A stretch of DNA of 64,000 bases from Bacillota bacterium (GTDB taxonomy: Bacteria; Bacillota; Clostridia; Acetivibrionales; DTU013): assembly GCA_023412915.1 (NCBI GenBank), contig JAEZRE010000001.1, forward strand, positions 23,040 through 87,039, written 5' to 3'. The stretch's first letter is position 1; every line of letters starts with the position of its first letter. Below, one piece after another: positions 48,484 through 58,025 of the stretch. Position numbers and translations under genes: made by a program. The notes under the pieces are model-generated. The model ran no database searches, had not been told where the DNA came from, and saw only the letters and a program-made list of their open reading frames with translations.

Positions 48484-48861
48484 TACGGTATCCATGGTAC
48501 GCTTGCCGACGGCTCGATAGGCTCGGCATCGAGCCACGGCTGCATACGGATGTTCAACGAAGATGTGGCCGAGCTCTACAACCTTGTGCCCATAGGAACG
48601 GAGGTTGTCATTGTAAACGGACAGTTCGGGCCTTTTGGCAGGGGTTTTTCAGAGATAAATCCGGGCGATCGGGGCTCTGACGTATATGCCATACAGCAGA
48701 GGCTCAGGCAGCTGGGATATTATAGCGGTCCGTTCGACGGAATATATGAGGATGACCTTAAAAAGGCGCTGCACAAATTCCAGAGAGCCAATGGGCTGAA
48801 AGCGCAGAACACGATCACATACGAATGCTGGCTGAAGATGGATTTCAAGGAGTTTGAGTAA
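48475..48861 (+). pseudogene. L,D-transpeptidase (YkuD family), 3' fragment with the catalytic motif and a peptidoglycan-binding domain
   Basis: [28 protein letters not shown] (catalytic His/Cys) followed by a PG_binding_1-like repeat ([28 protein letters not shown]). It is in frame with the 5' fragment when joined at the TG. The track's GTG at 48433 lies in element DNA and has no RBS. Confidence 0.85.
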
Positions 48862-48922
48862 GGCTCGGGCGGTCCAGGCAGATATAGGTATCCGCCTGGA
48901 TACCTTCTATCTGTCTGAACCG

Positions 48923-48941
48923 CCTGTCCCCGACAGGTTTT
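48923..48941. terminator. Short terminator hairpin between the convergent ldt and FAD-oxidoreductase genes
   Basis: CCTGTC-CCC-GACAGG followed by TTTT. A longer imperfect hairpin lies just upstream at 48884-48918. Confidence 0.45.
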
Positions 48942-48983
48942 ATAATACATGATCAATATATTATAAAGCCTTGTCCGTAACAA

Positions 48984-50357
48984 TTATTCAAGACATACGT
49001 TTTGCTCACGCAACGTTTTGCGGAGCTCCGAAACATCGATTTCCCGTACGCTTACGCTCGCTTTTGCCGCGAGAGCCGCAGCCGTGCCGACAGCCTGGCC
49101 CTGAGCCATACAGGAACCTGTATTTCTTGTCGACATGTGGGCTTCCCAGGTTGAAGTGATCAAGCGGCCAGCTACAAGCATGCCATCCAGTCCCTTTGGT
49201 ATGAATGCGCGGTACGGAATGCCGTAATATCCGGCATCCTTTATCATGATCCTCGGAGCACAGTCGTGGAATCCGTAGAGCATGACTTCATCGTCGAATC
49301 TGGCACAGTTGACAATCTCGTCAAGCGTCATTTCATGCTCACATTCAATTATTCTGGTAAGACGTACGCCTACGGATATCGGAGTCCAGTTGACATAAGC
49401 GTGCTCAAAACCCGGAACGTGCTTGATAAGCATGGCTGCAAGCTTCATAGCCTGCCTGCGTATTTTGATCTCCGCGTTTGACAGCTCGACCGTATTTGTC
49501 GTATCGACGCTTCGCAAATTGCAGGAGTTGATGTACGTGAAATTATTCTCATGCAGTGCAAATCCCAGCGGGCCCCACATGCCGTTAGATTCCATGAACT
49601 CTTTGAAAACCGGAAGCTTCTTCAGTTCAAATCCGAGGCGAATTATATCGTCGACCTCACTGCCCTTGTTTCCGCGGATCAGCTGGTTAATCATGCCGTT
49701 TTCCTCTAGGAATCTGACGAGTTTCGGCATATCGACGTTGCACATCCCAAAAGGAAAACCTACGTTGGTCTTGTCATGACGTTTTACAAAGCTCGCTCCC
49801 GCATATGCGGCAACATCGCCGTCGCCCGTCGTATCGATGACCGTTTTTGCCAGGATGGCTTCGCGGCCTGATTTGCCTTCGATAATGATGCCTTTGACAA
49901 TATTGCCTTCTTTTATCGCGTCAACGACCATTACGTGGAGAAGTACCTGGACTCCAGCCTCCTCCAGCATCTGAAAGATTACGTCCTTGAATATCTCCCA
50001 GTCGATAAGGGTTATTCTTGAATCATAGCTGCCGCCCTTATCCTGTTCAAGATGTCCCAGACAGCCGCCGTTTGCGATCATACGATCGACGATCTCCTCG
50101 GGGATACCTTTGATCACTTGCTTTTCCTTAGCTCCCGGGAATGCTTTGTAAAGATTGAAGAAGCTGTGAATCGGTCCTGCGCCGTTAATAAGCGTACCGC
50201 CTAAAAAGCCGAAACGATCGGCAAGTATGGTACGAGCCCCGTTTCTGGCGGCAGCTATGGCCGCAACTACGCCCGCTGTACCGCCGCCGGCGATTACGAC
50301 GTCGCATTCGTAATTGACCGGCGTTTTTCTATTTTCAATAATAAACTTATCGCCCAT
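48984..50357 (-). CDS. FAD-dependent oxidoreductase, cytoplasmic (paralogue of 3753-5111)
   Basis: CDVVIAGGGTAGVVAAIAAARNG. It shares the blocks IDTTGDGDVAAYAGA, VPGFEHA and a C-terminal GR..S.......R....CMAQGQAVGTAAA with its paralogue. Confidence 0.75.
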   Translation of the reverse strand: MGDKFIIENRKTPVNYECDVVIAGGGTAGVVAAIAAARNGARTILADRFGFLGGTLINGAGPIHSFFNLYKAFPGAKEKQVIKGIPEEIVDRMIANGGCLGHLEQDKGGSYDSRITLIDWEIFKDVIFQMLEEAGVQVLLHVMVVDAIKEGNIVKGIIIEGKSGREAILAKTVIDTTGDGDVAAYAGASFVKRHDKTNVGFPFGMCNVDMPKLVRFLEENGMINQLIRGNKGSEVDDIIRLGFELKKLPVFKEFMESNGMWGPLGFALHENNFTYINSCNLRSVDTTNTVELSNAEIKIRRQAMKLAAMLIKHVPGFEHAYVNWTPISVGVRLTRIIECEHEMTLDEIVNCARFDDEVMLYGFHDCAPRIMIKDAGYYGIPYRAFIPKGLDGMLVAGRLITSTWEAHMSTRNTGSCMAQGQAVGTAAALAAKASVSVREIDVSELRKTLREQNVCLE

Positions 50358-50441
50358 AATATAACCTCCCTGAGCTAAAGAGGACTAGTCCCGATATATT
50401 TCTTTGACCTCTGCCCCCGACATATGATTTTATTAATCTTA

Positions 50442-51911
50442 TCATTGAAGCAATCTGTTTCTAAGTATCTCCATGTATGGGTTGTTAATATTACAGTTGT
50501 CAAGTGAAAAGGATTTCATTATCCTTATGATATCATCGTCGCTGCAATCAATGAACTTTGCGGCATATTCGGGCTGCAGCACGCCTGCTGCAAAGCCTGT
50601 CAGCAATGCATAGCCCATACACTTCTGGAAGGTTCCGAAGGTGTAGTTGGGAGCTTCGTCGAGCAAGGACATCATATACTTTGTAAAATCCCTGGTCACC
50701 GCTTTGCCGGGACACTCGCTGCGCCAGGCCGTGAAGTTTTCGGCTCCAAGAAGGCCTTTCAGCCGCTGGACAGCAGCCACACGCTGCATATATTCGCTTT
50801 CGGGATCCAGAGTGACCCAGCCCATGGTGCCGCAATCCTTGAAAGTCCATGTGGTCCAGTTCAGCCCAAGCTCGTTCATAGCTCCAAGCTGGTCGTTCAT
50901 AGAGGCAAGGCGGTATTTGTTATCTTCCTCGCCAGTGCAGTACTGTGAACCGAATTCGCCGACCCAAAGCGGGACCTGATATTTTTCTGAGAACTGCCAG
51001 CCCTCGGACTCCTTTATGTGCTTTATCTGCTGCGCATAGTCCCAATAGCAGCTTTCCTCTATACGGTCGTTATGAAGCATCGCGTAATGGCCGGGATACT
51101 CCCCGGGCCCGAAGCTCGATACGATGTAGTCGTGTGACGAATATACGAGGTTATCCGCAAAAGGCGCTTCCATCCCTGCAAAATTGTGACCGTACGAATC
51201 GCCCTCGATAAAAATGATATGCTTGGGATCTATTTCCCTGATTCTATCCACAGCGGTATGGATTACGCGGTTGAATCTTTCATAATCAGAGTGGAAATTC
51301 TCATACATGTTGAAGGGGTAGTCGCCCGAGCGAGCATTTGAACTGGGCTCATTCAACAGCTCATAGCCTGCCACTGCGGGACAGTCCCTGAAACGGCGTG
51401 CGATTTCCTGCAGCAGAGCAAAATAGCGTTTCTGGTAGCAGGCGTCGCGCCAGAACAGTGAGACACCGCGGTCATTATCGCTGTGCCAGTGTGAATTCTG
51501 CCAGCCCTGGACGGCATGCATATCGAGTATCACATATACTCCGTATTTTTCACAGACATCCACAATGCTTTTCAGTAATTCAAAGCCTTCTTCCTTATAT
51601 TCGAAAGGATGTTCATCGTCCTCAAAATGGCGGTAGTTCAAGGCAAGGCGAACACAGGTCGCACCCTGCTCCTTTATGAAACGTATATCGTCTTCGGCAA
51701 GGAAATTTGCGAGCATTTCGTTAAAAAACAGTTTGGCCTTGTCTTCGCCGAGTTTTTGGGCAACTTGTTCACGCAGCGAAATCTCTGTGCCGGGAAAACC
51801 ATTGATAAAGTTCTCCATATTCATCCATCCGCCCACGCAGGTTCCGCGCAGAAACACCTGCCTGCCGGATTCCGTCAGTATCTGTTTGCCTTGTGTATGA
51901 AGATATTCCAT
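50442..51911 (-). CDS. Glycoside hydrolase family 5, intracellular
   Basis: Acid/base motif GYELLNEPS, nucleophile motif PLWVGEFG, no signal peptide, 489 aa. Confidence 0.8.
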   Translation of the reverse strand: MEYLHTQGKQILTESGRQVFLRGTCVGGWMNMENFINGFPGTEISLREQVAQKLGEDKAKLFFNEMLANFLAEDDIRFIKEQGATCVRLALNYRHFEDDEHPFEYKEEGFELLKSIVDVCEKYGVYVILDMHAVQGWQNSHWHSDNDRGVSLFWRDACYQKRYFALLQEIARRFRDCPAVAGYELLNEPSSNARSGDYPFNMYENFHSDYERFNRVIHTAVDRIREIDPKHIIFIEGDSYGHNFAGMEAPFADNLVYSSHDYIVSSFGPGEYPGHYAMLHNDRIEESCYWDYAQQIKHIKESEGWQFSEKYQVPLWVGEFGSQYCTGEEDNKYRLASMNDQLGAMNELGLNWTTWTFKDCGTMGWVTLDPESEYMQRVAAVQRLKGLLGAENFTAWRSECPGKAVTRDFTKYMMSLLDEAPNYTFGTFQKCMGYALLTGFAAGVLQPEYAAKFIDCSDDDIIRIMKSFSLDNCNINNPYMEILRNRLLQ

Positions 51912-52166
51912 AGTAATTATCTTCCTTTCATGCGTTTTTTTGTCCGAGCTTTCTGATAATTTCTTATAACCGTAAAAACCGTCAATAACGTGATACTAGC
52001 ACAAATACCGTAGTTTTTAAATATGGTTTTTTGTCAACATTTTTACCTCTCTTATGAAATGTCGAATTTAATTAACAAATATGTTGATACTTTTTAGTAC
52101 TAGGCGGACGATTTATGCATGAATATAATTTTATTCGAAATAAAAAATTTGCGGGGGGTTACATTA

Positions 52167-53591
52167 ATGAAAAAGATTAAAGCTCTGAGTTTGATCTTGA
52201 GTATGTTTATGCTGGTATCCGTTGCGGCATGTTCGAACTCAGGAACATCGGACGGGGAAGCCTCGGCTTCAACAGCGGCCACAGCAGCCGGAACTACGGG
52301 AGGTTCCGCGGCGGCGCCTGCTGTTGATACCATTAACATGTGGTCGAACGATACGCATGACCAATCCGTCTACAACAAGGTAATTGAAGACTTCAACAAC
52401 ACAACCGGCAAGGAAAAAGGAATCGTCGTAAATTACACGGTATACGGAAGCGACTACTACAATGCTCTCGATGTAGCCGTCACCGCAGGTGAAGGCCCGG
52501 ATATCTTCAAATCCAACAAGGTCGGCAAGTATTCCGAGGCAGGCTATATTATGCCCTGGGAGGATATCCCGGCTCTGAAGACCTTTGTTGACAGGTTTGC
52601 CAGCTATAATGCTCCGGGATACGGTGTGTTCGGCGGAAAAACTTACGCTGTTCCGATCCGTGTCACGAATTACGGTCTCGCATTGAATATGGACATATTC
52701 AAAAAGAATAACCTTAAGGAACCGACAACCTGGGATGAGATGAGAGAGGCCGCAAAGGTTATCACCAAGAACGGTAAAGGTCAGATATACGGTTACGATC
52801 TGGCAATGGGTTACGGCAGCTACAATTACTTCTATGTAAATCTTCCGAGTGCCGCAACTACCGGTGACGAGTATTTCAACCACACAACCGGAAAATACAA
52901 TTTCGTGGCGCTTGAAGGCTTCTTCAATCATTTGCGCGACATTATAAAAGACGGCAGCATGTTCCCGGGCTTCGAAACAATGGATGGGGACACGGCAAGA
53001 GCGCAGTTCTCGGCAGGTAACATCGGTATGGTCGGCGTAATGTCTTCGGACGTCGCTACCTTCAAAAATCAATTCCCTTGCAATTTCGAATGGAAAGTCA
53101 TACCGTACCCTGTTAAGGACGCAAGCCAGCATTACAAGTACCCGACCGGCGTTTCACTGTCTTACGTGATCAGCTCGGACGTCGCTAAAAAAGGTGTCCA
53201 GGATAAGGTTGCCGATTTCCTGAACGTTCTCTATTCTGATCAGACCTTTGTCGATACCTATCAAAACCAGTTCGATATCTCGATCCTCGGTGATGAGATC
53301 ACAAGCAAGGCCTCTGTCGATAAACTCGATCCGAACTGGATAACCTTCTCGGATATGGATATATTCGCGATAAAGAAGCCTAATCCCGACAGTGACCTCA
53401 GCGTAGAAGGCGAGTCGTTCCAGGATGTGTACAACAAGATAATCACAGGCATGGTGGATGCAAAAACTGCGCTTGCGGATCTTGATAAACGTTACAACGC
53501 AGCCCTCGACACTGCGGTAAAAGACGGCAAGGTAAAGATTGACGATTATATCGACAAAAATATAAGCGAAAAGATGGCTTGGAAGAAATAA
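52167..53591 (+). CDS. Extracellular solute-binding lipoprotein (CUT1 sugar ABC)
   Basis: MKKIKALSLILSMFMLVSVAACSNS lipobox. The start was trimmed from the track's 52119. Confidence 0.85.
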   Translation: MKKIKALSLILSMFMLVSVAACSNSGTSDGEASASTAATAAGTTGGSAAAPAVDTINMWSNDTHDQSVYNKVIEDFNNTTGKEKGIVVNYTVYGSDYYNALDVAVTAGEGPDIFKSNKVGKYSEAGYIMPWEDIPALKTFVDRFASYNAPGYGVFGGKTYAVPIRVTNYGLALNMDIFKKNNLKEPTTWDEMREAAKVITKNGKGQIYGYDLAMGYGSYNYFYVNLPSAATTGDEYFNHTTGKYNFVALEGFFNHLRDIIKDGSMFPGFETMDGDTARAQFSAGNIGMVGVMSSDVATFKNQFPCNFEWKVIPYPVKDASQHYKYPTGVSLSYVISSDVAKKGVQDKVADFLNVLYSDQTFVDTYQNQFDISILGDEITSKASVDKLDPNWITFSDMDIFAIKKPNPDSDLSVEGESFQDVYNKIITGMVDAKTALADLDKRYNAALDTAVKDGKVKIDDYIDKNISEKMAWKK

Positions 53592-53627
53592 ACGTCTGGT
53601 TTAAAACGTAAAGTCGAATTCAGCAGT

Positions 53628-53672
53628 GCCTCTAAATCAAAGAACTCCAAATATAGTCCGTGATTTAGAGGC
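53628..53672 (+). other. Intercistronic 12-bp stem-loop between the SBP and permease genes
   Basis: GCCTCTAAATCA (53628-53639) pairs with TGATTTAGAGGC (53661-53672). The T tract is weak, so this is more likely an mRNA-stabilising or attenuating hairpin than a full terminator. Confidence 0.5.
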
Positions 53673-53719
53673 ATTTGCTCTTATTCGTCCCGATTTCTCA
53701 ATAAAAAGGCGGTGTTCTT

Positions 53720-54643
53720 ATGAAAAAAGGGAAAAATGCTCTGAGCGTAGTCACATCGGACAGGATACAGGAAGTTTTGATGATATCCCCGATGTTTATA
53801 GGGTTTTTGCTTTTTTCGATTTATCCCATCATATGGGTTTTAAGATGGGCATTCTTCAAATATAACGGGTATTCGACCCCTGTTTTTATAGGCTTTGACA
53901 ACTTTGTAAGGGCATTCGCGCGGGACCCCTCATACTGGAGCGCGCTCGGGAACACCTTTATCATAGCGGGACTCAAAATGGTGGTTGAGATACCGTTGGC
54001 CCTGATTCTGGCGGTATTTTTAAACAACAAGGTCAGATTCAGCTCCGCCTTCCGTGTCGTATACTTCCTGCCCTCCGTATTCAGCATAGCTGTCGTGGGG
54101 TTGATTTTCTCGATAATGTTCAGCTCCTATAACGGCATTATCAACGCGGTTTTGCGGCAATTCAACCTGACAGCCACGAATATAGGCTGGTTCAGCGATA
54201 AATGGCATGCCCTTTTTGTAATTATTCTGGTTTCGCTTTGGACTACCTTCGGCTTGAATATGATTTACTTCCTGACCGGACTGCAGAACATTCCGGCGGC
54301 GATGTACGAAAGCGCGTCAATCGACGGCGCAAGTGAAACCCAGATGTTTTTTCACATCACCATCCCGCTTGTAGCACCCGTACTGCAGCTTGTCATCATG
54401 CTCAGCGTTCTGGGTACGCTTAAAATGACGGATTTGATACTGGTCCTGACCAACGGTGCGCCCGGCGGCTCGACCGAAGTTGTAATGACTGATATTTTCA
54501 AGTACTTCTTCTCATACGGAGACAACGCGGCGAGAGATGTACAGTATGGATATGCCTCTGCTCTTGCCGTTATCACAGCCATAATTCTGTGTATTGTAAC
54601 GGTCATTTATCTGAGGGCCTCCAGAAAAATGCAGGAAGTATAA
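53720..54643 (+). CDS. Sugar ABC transporter permease (MalF-like)
   Basis: 307 aa, six TM helices, EAA loop YESASIDGASETQ. Confidence 0.85.
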   Translation: MKKGKNALSVVTSDRIQEVLMISPMFIGFLLFSIYPIIWVLRWAFFKYNGYSTPVFIGFDNFVRAFARDPSYWSALGNTFIIAGLKMVVEIPLALILAVFLNNKVRFSSAFRVVYFLPSVFSIAVVGLIFSIMFSSYNGIINAVLRQFNLTATNIGWFSDKWHALFVIILVSLWTTFGLNMIYFLTGLQNIPAAMYESASIDGASETQMFFHITIPLVAPVLQLVIMLSVLGTLKMTDLILVLTNGAPGGSTEVVMTDIFKYFFSYGDNAARDVQYGYASALAVITAIILCIVTVIYLRASRKMQEV

Positions 54644-54664
54644 AGACGAAAGGGGAAAAGCGAA

Positions 54665-55513
54665 GTGAAAATTACGGGCAGAGCCATAGCAAGGGTTGCC
54701 ATCTATCTGTTGCTGTTAATAATAACGATTTTTGCGGTTTTTCCGATCATATATATATTGCTGAGTTCTTTCAAGTCTACTCAGGAAATACTTGTGGGCG
54801 GCACAAAGCTTATACCGACGCAGTGGCATTTCGACAATTATGCTAAGGCATGGAATCTTGCCAATTTCGGCAGACTGACTTTCAACAGCATTTTTTATGC
54901 GTTTTTTATAGTAATCGGTTCAATAGCCGCTTCGATAACCTCCGGCTATGTATTTTCCAGAGGCAGGACCAAGGTAACGAAGTTAATTTACAGAATGGTG
55001 CTTGCTTCATTGTTCGTATCGATAGGAACGCTTGCCTTATATCCGCAGCTGAGCCTCGCAAAGGTCTTCGGTCTGAGCGGATCCCTTTGGGGACCTATCA
55101 TTATCAGGGTGTTTGGAATGAATGCAACCGAGGTTTTTATCGCGACCGGCAATATCAACCAGATACCCAAGGAAATAGATGAGGCTGCTAAAATCGACGG
55201 ATGCAATTTTTTCAGGATATTCTGGCAGATCATTTTCCCGCTGTGCAAGCCTCTTATTGCCACTGTCGGTTTGATTTCCTTCCGTACGGCCTGGAGCGAC
55301 TACCTGCTTCCGTACGTGTTCACGATATCCAAAAAATCGATGTGGCCTCTGGTTGTCGGCGTCGTCAGCCTTAAGTCGAACGGCGAGGCCGTGTCGCAGT
55401 GGAGCCTGATGCTTGCAGGAATAAGCATATCGATCCTGCCGATGATGATAATTTATCTCCTGCTCAACCGTTACTTTATTGCCGGACTAACGGAAGGGTC
55501 GGTAAAAGGCTGA
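54665..55513 (+). CDS. Sugar ABC transporter permease (MalG-like)
   Basis: 282 aa, EAA loop IDEAAKIDGCNFF, GTG start after an AAAGGGGA RBS. Confidence 0.85.
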   Translation: MKITGRAIARVAIYLLLLIITIFAVFPIIYILLSSFKSTQEILVGGTKLIPTQWHFDNYAKAWNLANFGRLTFNSIFYAFFIVIGSIAASITSGYVFSRGRTKVTKLIYRMVLASLFVSIGTLALYPQLSLAKVFGLSGSLWGPIIIRVFGMNATEVFIATGNINQIPKEIDEAAKIDGCNFFRIFWQIIFPLCKPLIATVGLISFRTAWSDYLLPYVFTISKKSMWPLVVGVVSLKSNGEAVSQWSLMLAGISISILPMMIIYLLLNRYFIAGLTEGSVKG

Positions 55514-55712
55514 AGCTACAACTATTTACGCATAATTCCGGTTTAACCGCGATCTGACCGTTGTTGAAGGCTAAAGCTGACGCTTTGCTGTGATCATCGG
55601 TCTTTTTGCCATTGTAATATTTACCGGGCCAGGGTTTATGGATTTATCCTAGTTATCGGTTTATAATTAAAACAATGTTTTCAGGCGCAGACCGCCTGGT
55701 GTTAAGGAACCG

Positions 55713-57287
55713 GTGCAGCAGATGTTTTATACGATTGGCTTGCTGATGTTGTTTTCGCTGATTCTCATAATATTCGACCACAAGGACCGCTATTGCTACC
55801 TTTTCGTAATGATGGCCCTCGGGGCCACGATTGCCTTTTTTTCGATAATATTGCACATCAATATGTTCGGAAGCTACTATTATTACAACAATGACTTTTT
55901 CTACAAGCTCGATTACAATATATACAAGCTTATAACCGAAAATGTAAAAATCCCGATATCGATGAATATCAGGCTCATGAATGCCGGCGTAGCTTTGTAT
56001 CTATTTGCGATGCCCATATTCTATATGGAATTCAGTAAAAGCGCTTTTCGCAGGATCAAATTCAAAATGCTCAACAGAGTATCCGGCTACGCCCTGTTTA
56101 TAATACCGGTCCTGTCCATGTTGATTTACGATCCGAGAGTCTCGACAAGGGCTTATATAAAATATCATCAAAGCGGAAACAAAGAGTTTTTCTTTAACGC
56201 TATAAGCGCTGCCAATACGGTTTACAAGCTGCTAGTCCTGTTTGCCATGCTCCTCCCAATTGCGGTCCTGTTTATTTATACTTCCAAAACCAAGATATTG
56301 TACATGAAAAAAAGGATAGCGCTGCTGGCCTCGGGACTGTTTCTGTTCGATGCGATATTCTATATGTTCTTTTACGTAGGCCCTTTCAGCGTATCTGTAG
56401 CCAAAGTAAGCAGAAGCGGGTTCTGGATATTTGAAAATTTCCAGATCAAAACCTACAGCCTGTATTTTGTAGCGCCCCTGTTCGCATTCTTCATCATATC
56501 CATATGTATGTTCATTCTGCTGAGCTTCAGGATGGATGTTTCGGCAACGCCTTTCTTCGGGAGAAAGCTCCAGAAAAACTTCAACCTTATGAACGACATC
56601 CTGAGTGAAACCTTGCATTCACAAAAAAATCTGCTGTTTGCCTTTCAGATACTGGCCAATAAAATAGATGAAAAAGTCGGAGGCGATAAGGGAAAAGATG
56701 AAATAGACAGGCTGAAGGCCTTGACCGACAACTCGCTGCGCGATACGGCGGCAATGCTCGACAGCCTGCGTGAAATCAGGTACCACTATATTAACAATAG
56801 CATCGTGGGCATAGTTGACGAAGCGGTATCACAGATCTCAGTACCCGATAATATTGCGATCGAATGGGAGGCAGGCGCTTACAAGGGCCAAAAGCTGAAC
56901 GGCATGTTCGACAGGTATCATTTAAGCAAAGCGTTCGTCAATGTTATAAATAACTCGATAGAGGCTATTGATAAATCGGGCAGGCCGAGTGGAAGAATAA
57001 CTGTCGAGATAACTTATATTTTCAATTGGATTGTTGTTTCGATCACGGACAATGGAACAGGAATAAAAAGGTCCGCAAAAAACAAAATATTTACTCCGCA
57101 TTATTCCAGCAAAAGTGGCAAGTTCAACTGGGGGTTGGGTCTGTCTTATACTTACAGGGTAGTAAAAGCGCACCTCGGGCAGATTAAGATAGACAGCAGG
57201 TTCGGCAAATATACGTCTGTACTTATTATGCTGCCGTTGAGCAAAGGAGGAAAAGATGGCCAGGATAAAACTGATCATTGCGGATGA
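55713..57287 (+). CDS. Polytopic sensor histidine kinase (GHKL ATPase domain)
   Basis: ~7 N-terminal TM helices, then a candidate H-box (SETLHSQKNLL), an N box (NVINNSIEA), and G boxes (DNGTGI, WGLGLSY). The exact start is uncertain. Confidence 0.7.
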   Translation: MQQMFYTIGLLMLFSLILIIFDHKDRYCYLFVMMALGATIAFFSIILHINMFGSYYYYNNDFFYKLDYNIYKLITENVKIPISMNIRLMNAGVALYLFAMPIFYMEFSKSAFRRIKFKMLNRVSGYALFIIPVLSMLIYDPRVSTRAYIKYHQSGNKEFFFNAISAANTVYKLLVLFAMLLPIAVLFIYTSKTKILYMKKRIALLASGLFLFDAIFYMFFYVGPFSVSVAKVSRSGFWIFENFQIKTYSLYFVAPLFAFFIISICMFILLSFRMDVSATPFFGRKLQKNFNLMNDILSETLHSQKNLLFAFQILANKIDEKVGGDKGKDEIDRLKALTDNSLRDTAAMLDSLREIRYHYINNSIVGIVDEAVSQISVPDNIAIEWEAGAYKGQKLNGMFDRYHLSKAFVNVINNSIEAIDKSGRPSGRITVEITYIFNWIVVSITDNGTGIKRSAKNKIFTPHYSSKSGKFNWGLGLSYTYRVVKAHLGQIKIDSRFGKYTSVLIMLPLSKGGKDGQDKTDHCG

Positions 57288-57930
57288 TAACGAGGAAATA
57301 AGGAATCATCTGTGCGAAATGATTGTAAAGGAAGCTGATGATATCGATGTTATCGGTCTTGCAAAAAGCGGACGCGAATCGATTGAACTGACCAGGGAGC
57401 TCGTGCCGGACGTAGTTCTTATGGACGTGCAGATGGAGACCCGCACAGCCGGTATAGAAGCCATAGAACAGATAAACGGAATCTATCCCGGAGTAAAGTG
57501 TATAATGCTGACCATACATGAAAATGAAGAATACATGTTCAGAGCCTATATGGCCGGCGCTGTCGATTATATAGTAAAAACCGACCCGACCGAGAAAATA
57601 ATTAAATCCATCCACGATGTAATTGATAACAGGCTGCTGCTGCGCCCGGAGGTTGCACATAAAATCATCAGGGAATACCACCGTATCAAGGAAACGCATG
57701 TGCGGATGAGGGAAACTCTGCAGGTGATGATGATGATAAGCACAACGGAGTATGAGATACTGCAGATGGTCTATAACGGGTATACCTATAAGAATATCGC
57801 CGAAAAGAGATATGTCGAGGAAACAACGATCAGGTCACAGGTAAACCATATACTGAAAAAGTTCGGCAAGAAAAGGATGAAGGATGTTATCGAGCTATTA
57901 CAAGAGTTGAAAATCTTCGATAAGGACTGA
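57256..57930 (+). CDS. Response regulator, NarL/LuxR (GerE) family
   Basis: REC domain (IIADDN..LMDVQM..KT) and a C-terminal LuxR HTH (TEYEILQMVYNGYTYKNIAEKRYVEETTIRSQVNHILKK). It overlaps the HK gene by 32 nt. Confidence 0.88.
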   Translation: MARIKLIIADDNEEIRNHLCEMIVKEADDIDVIGLAKSGRESIELTRELVPDVVLMDVQMETRTAGIEAIEQINGIYPGVKCIMLTIHENEEYMFRAYMAGAVDYIVKTDPTEKIIKSIHDVIDNRLLLRPEVAHKIIREYHRIKETHVRMRETLQVMMMISTTEYEILQMVYNGYTYKNIAEKRYVEETTIRSQVNHILKKFGKKRMKDVIELLQELKIFDKD

Positions 57931-58025
57931 TACAGGCATGGGCTCTCGTGCGATAATAAATAACCGGCGGTATGACTGTCGGTCATCCGCCGGTATAGTA
58001 CCTCAGACTGCTTCAAAAACTTGAA

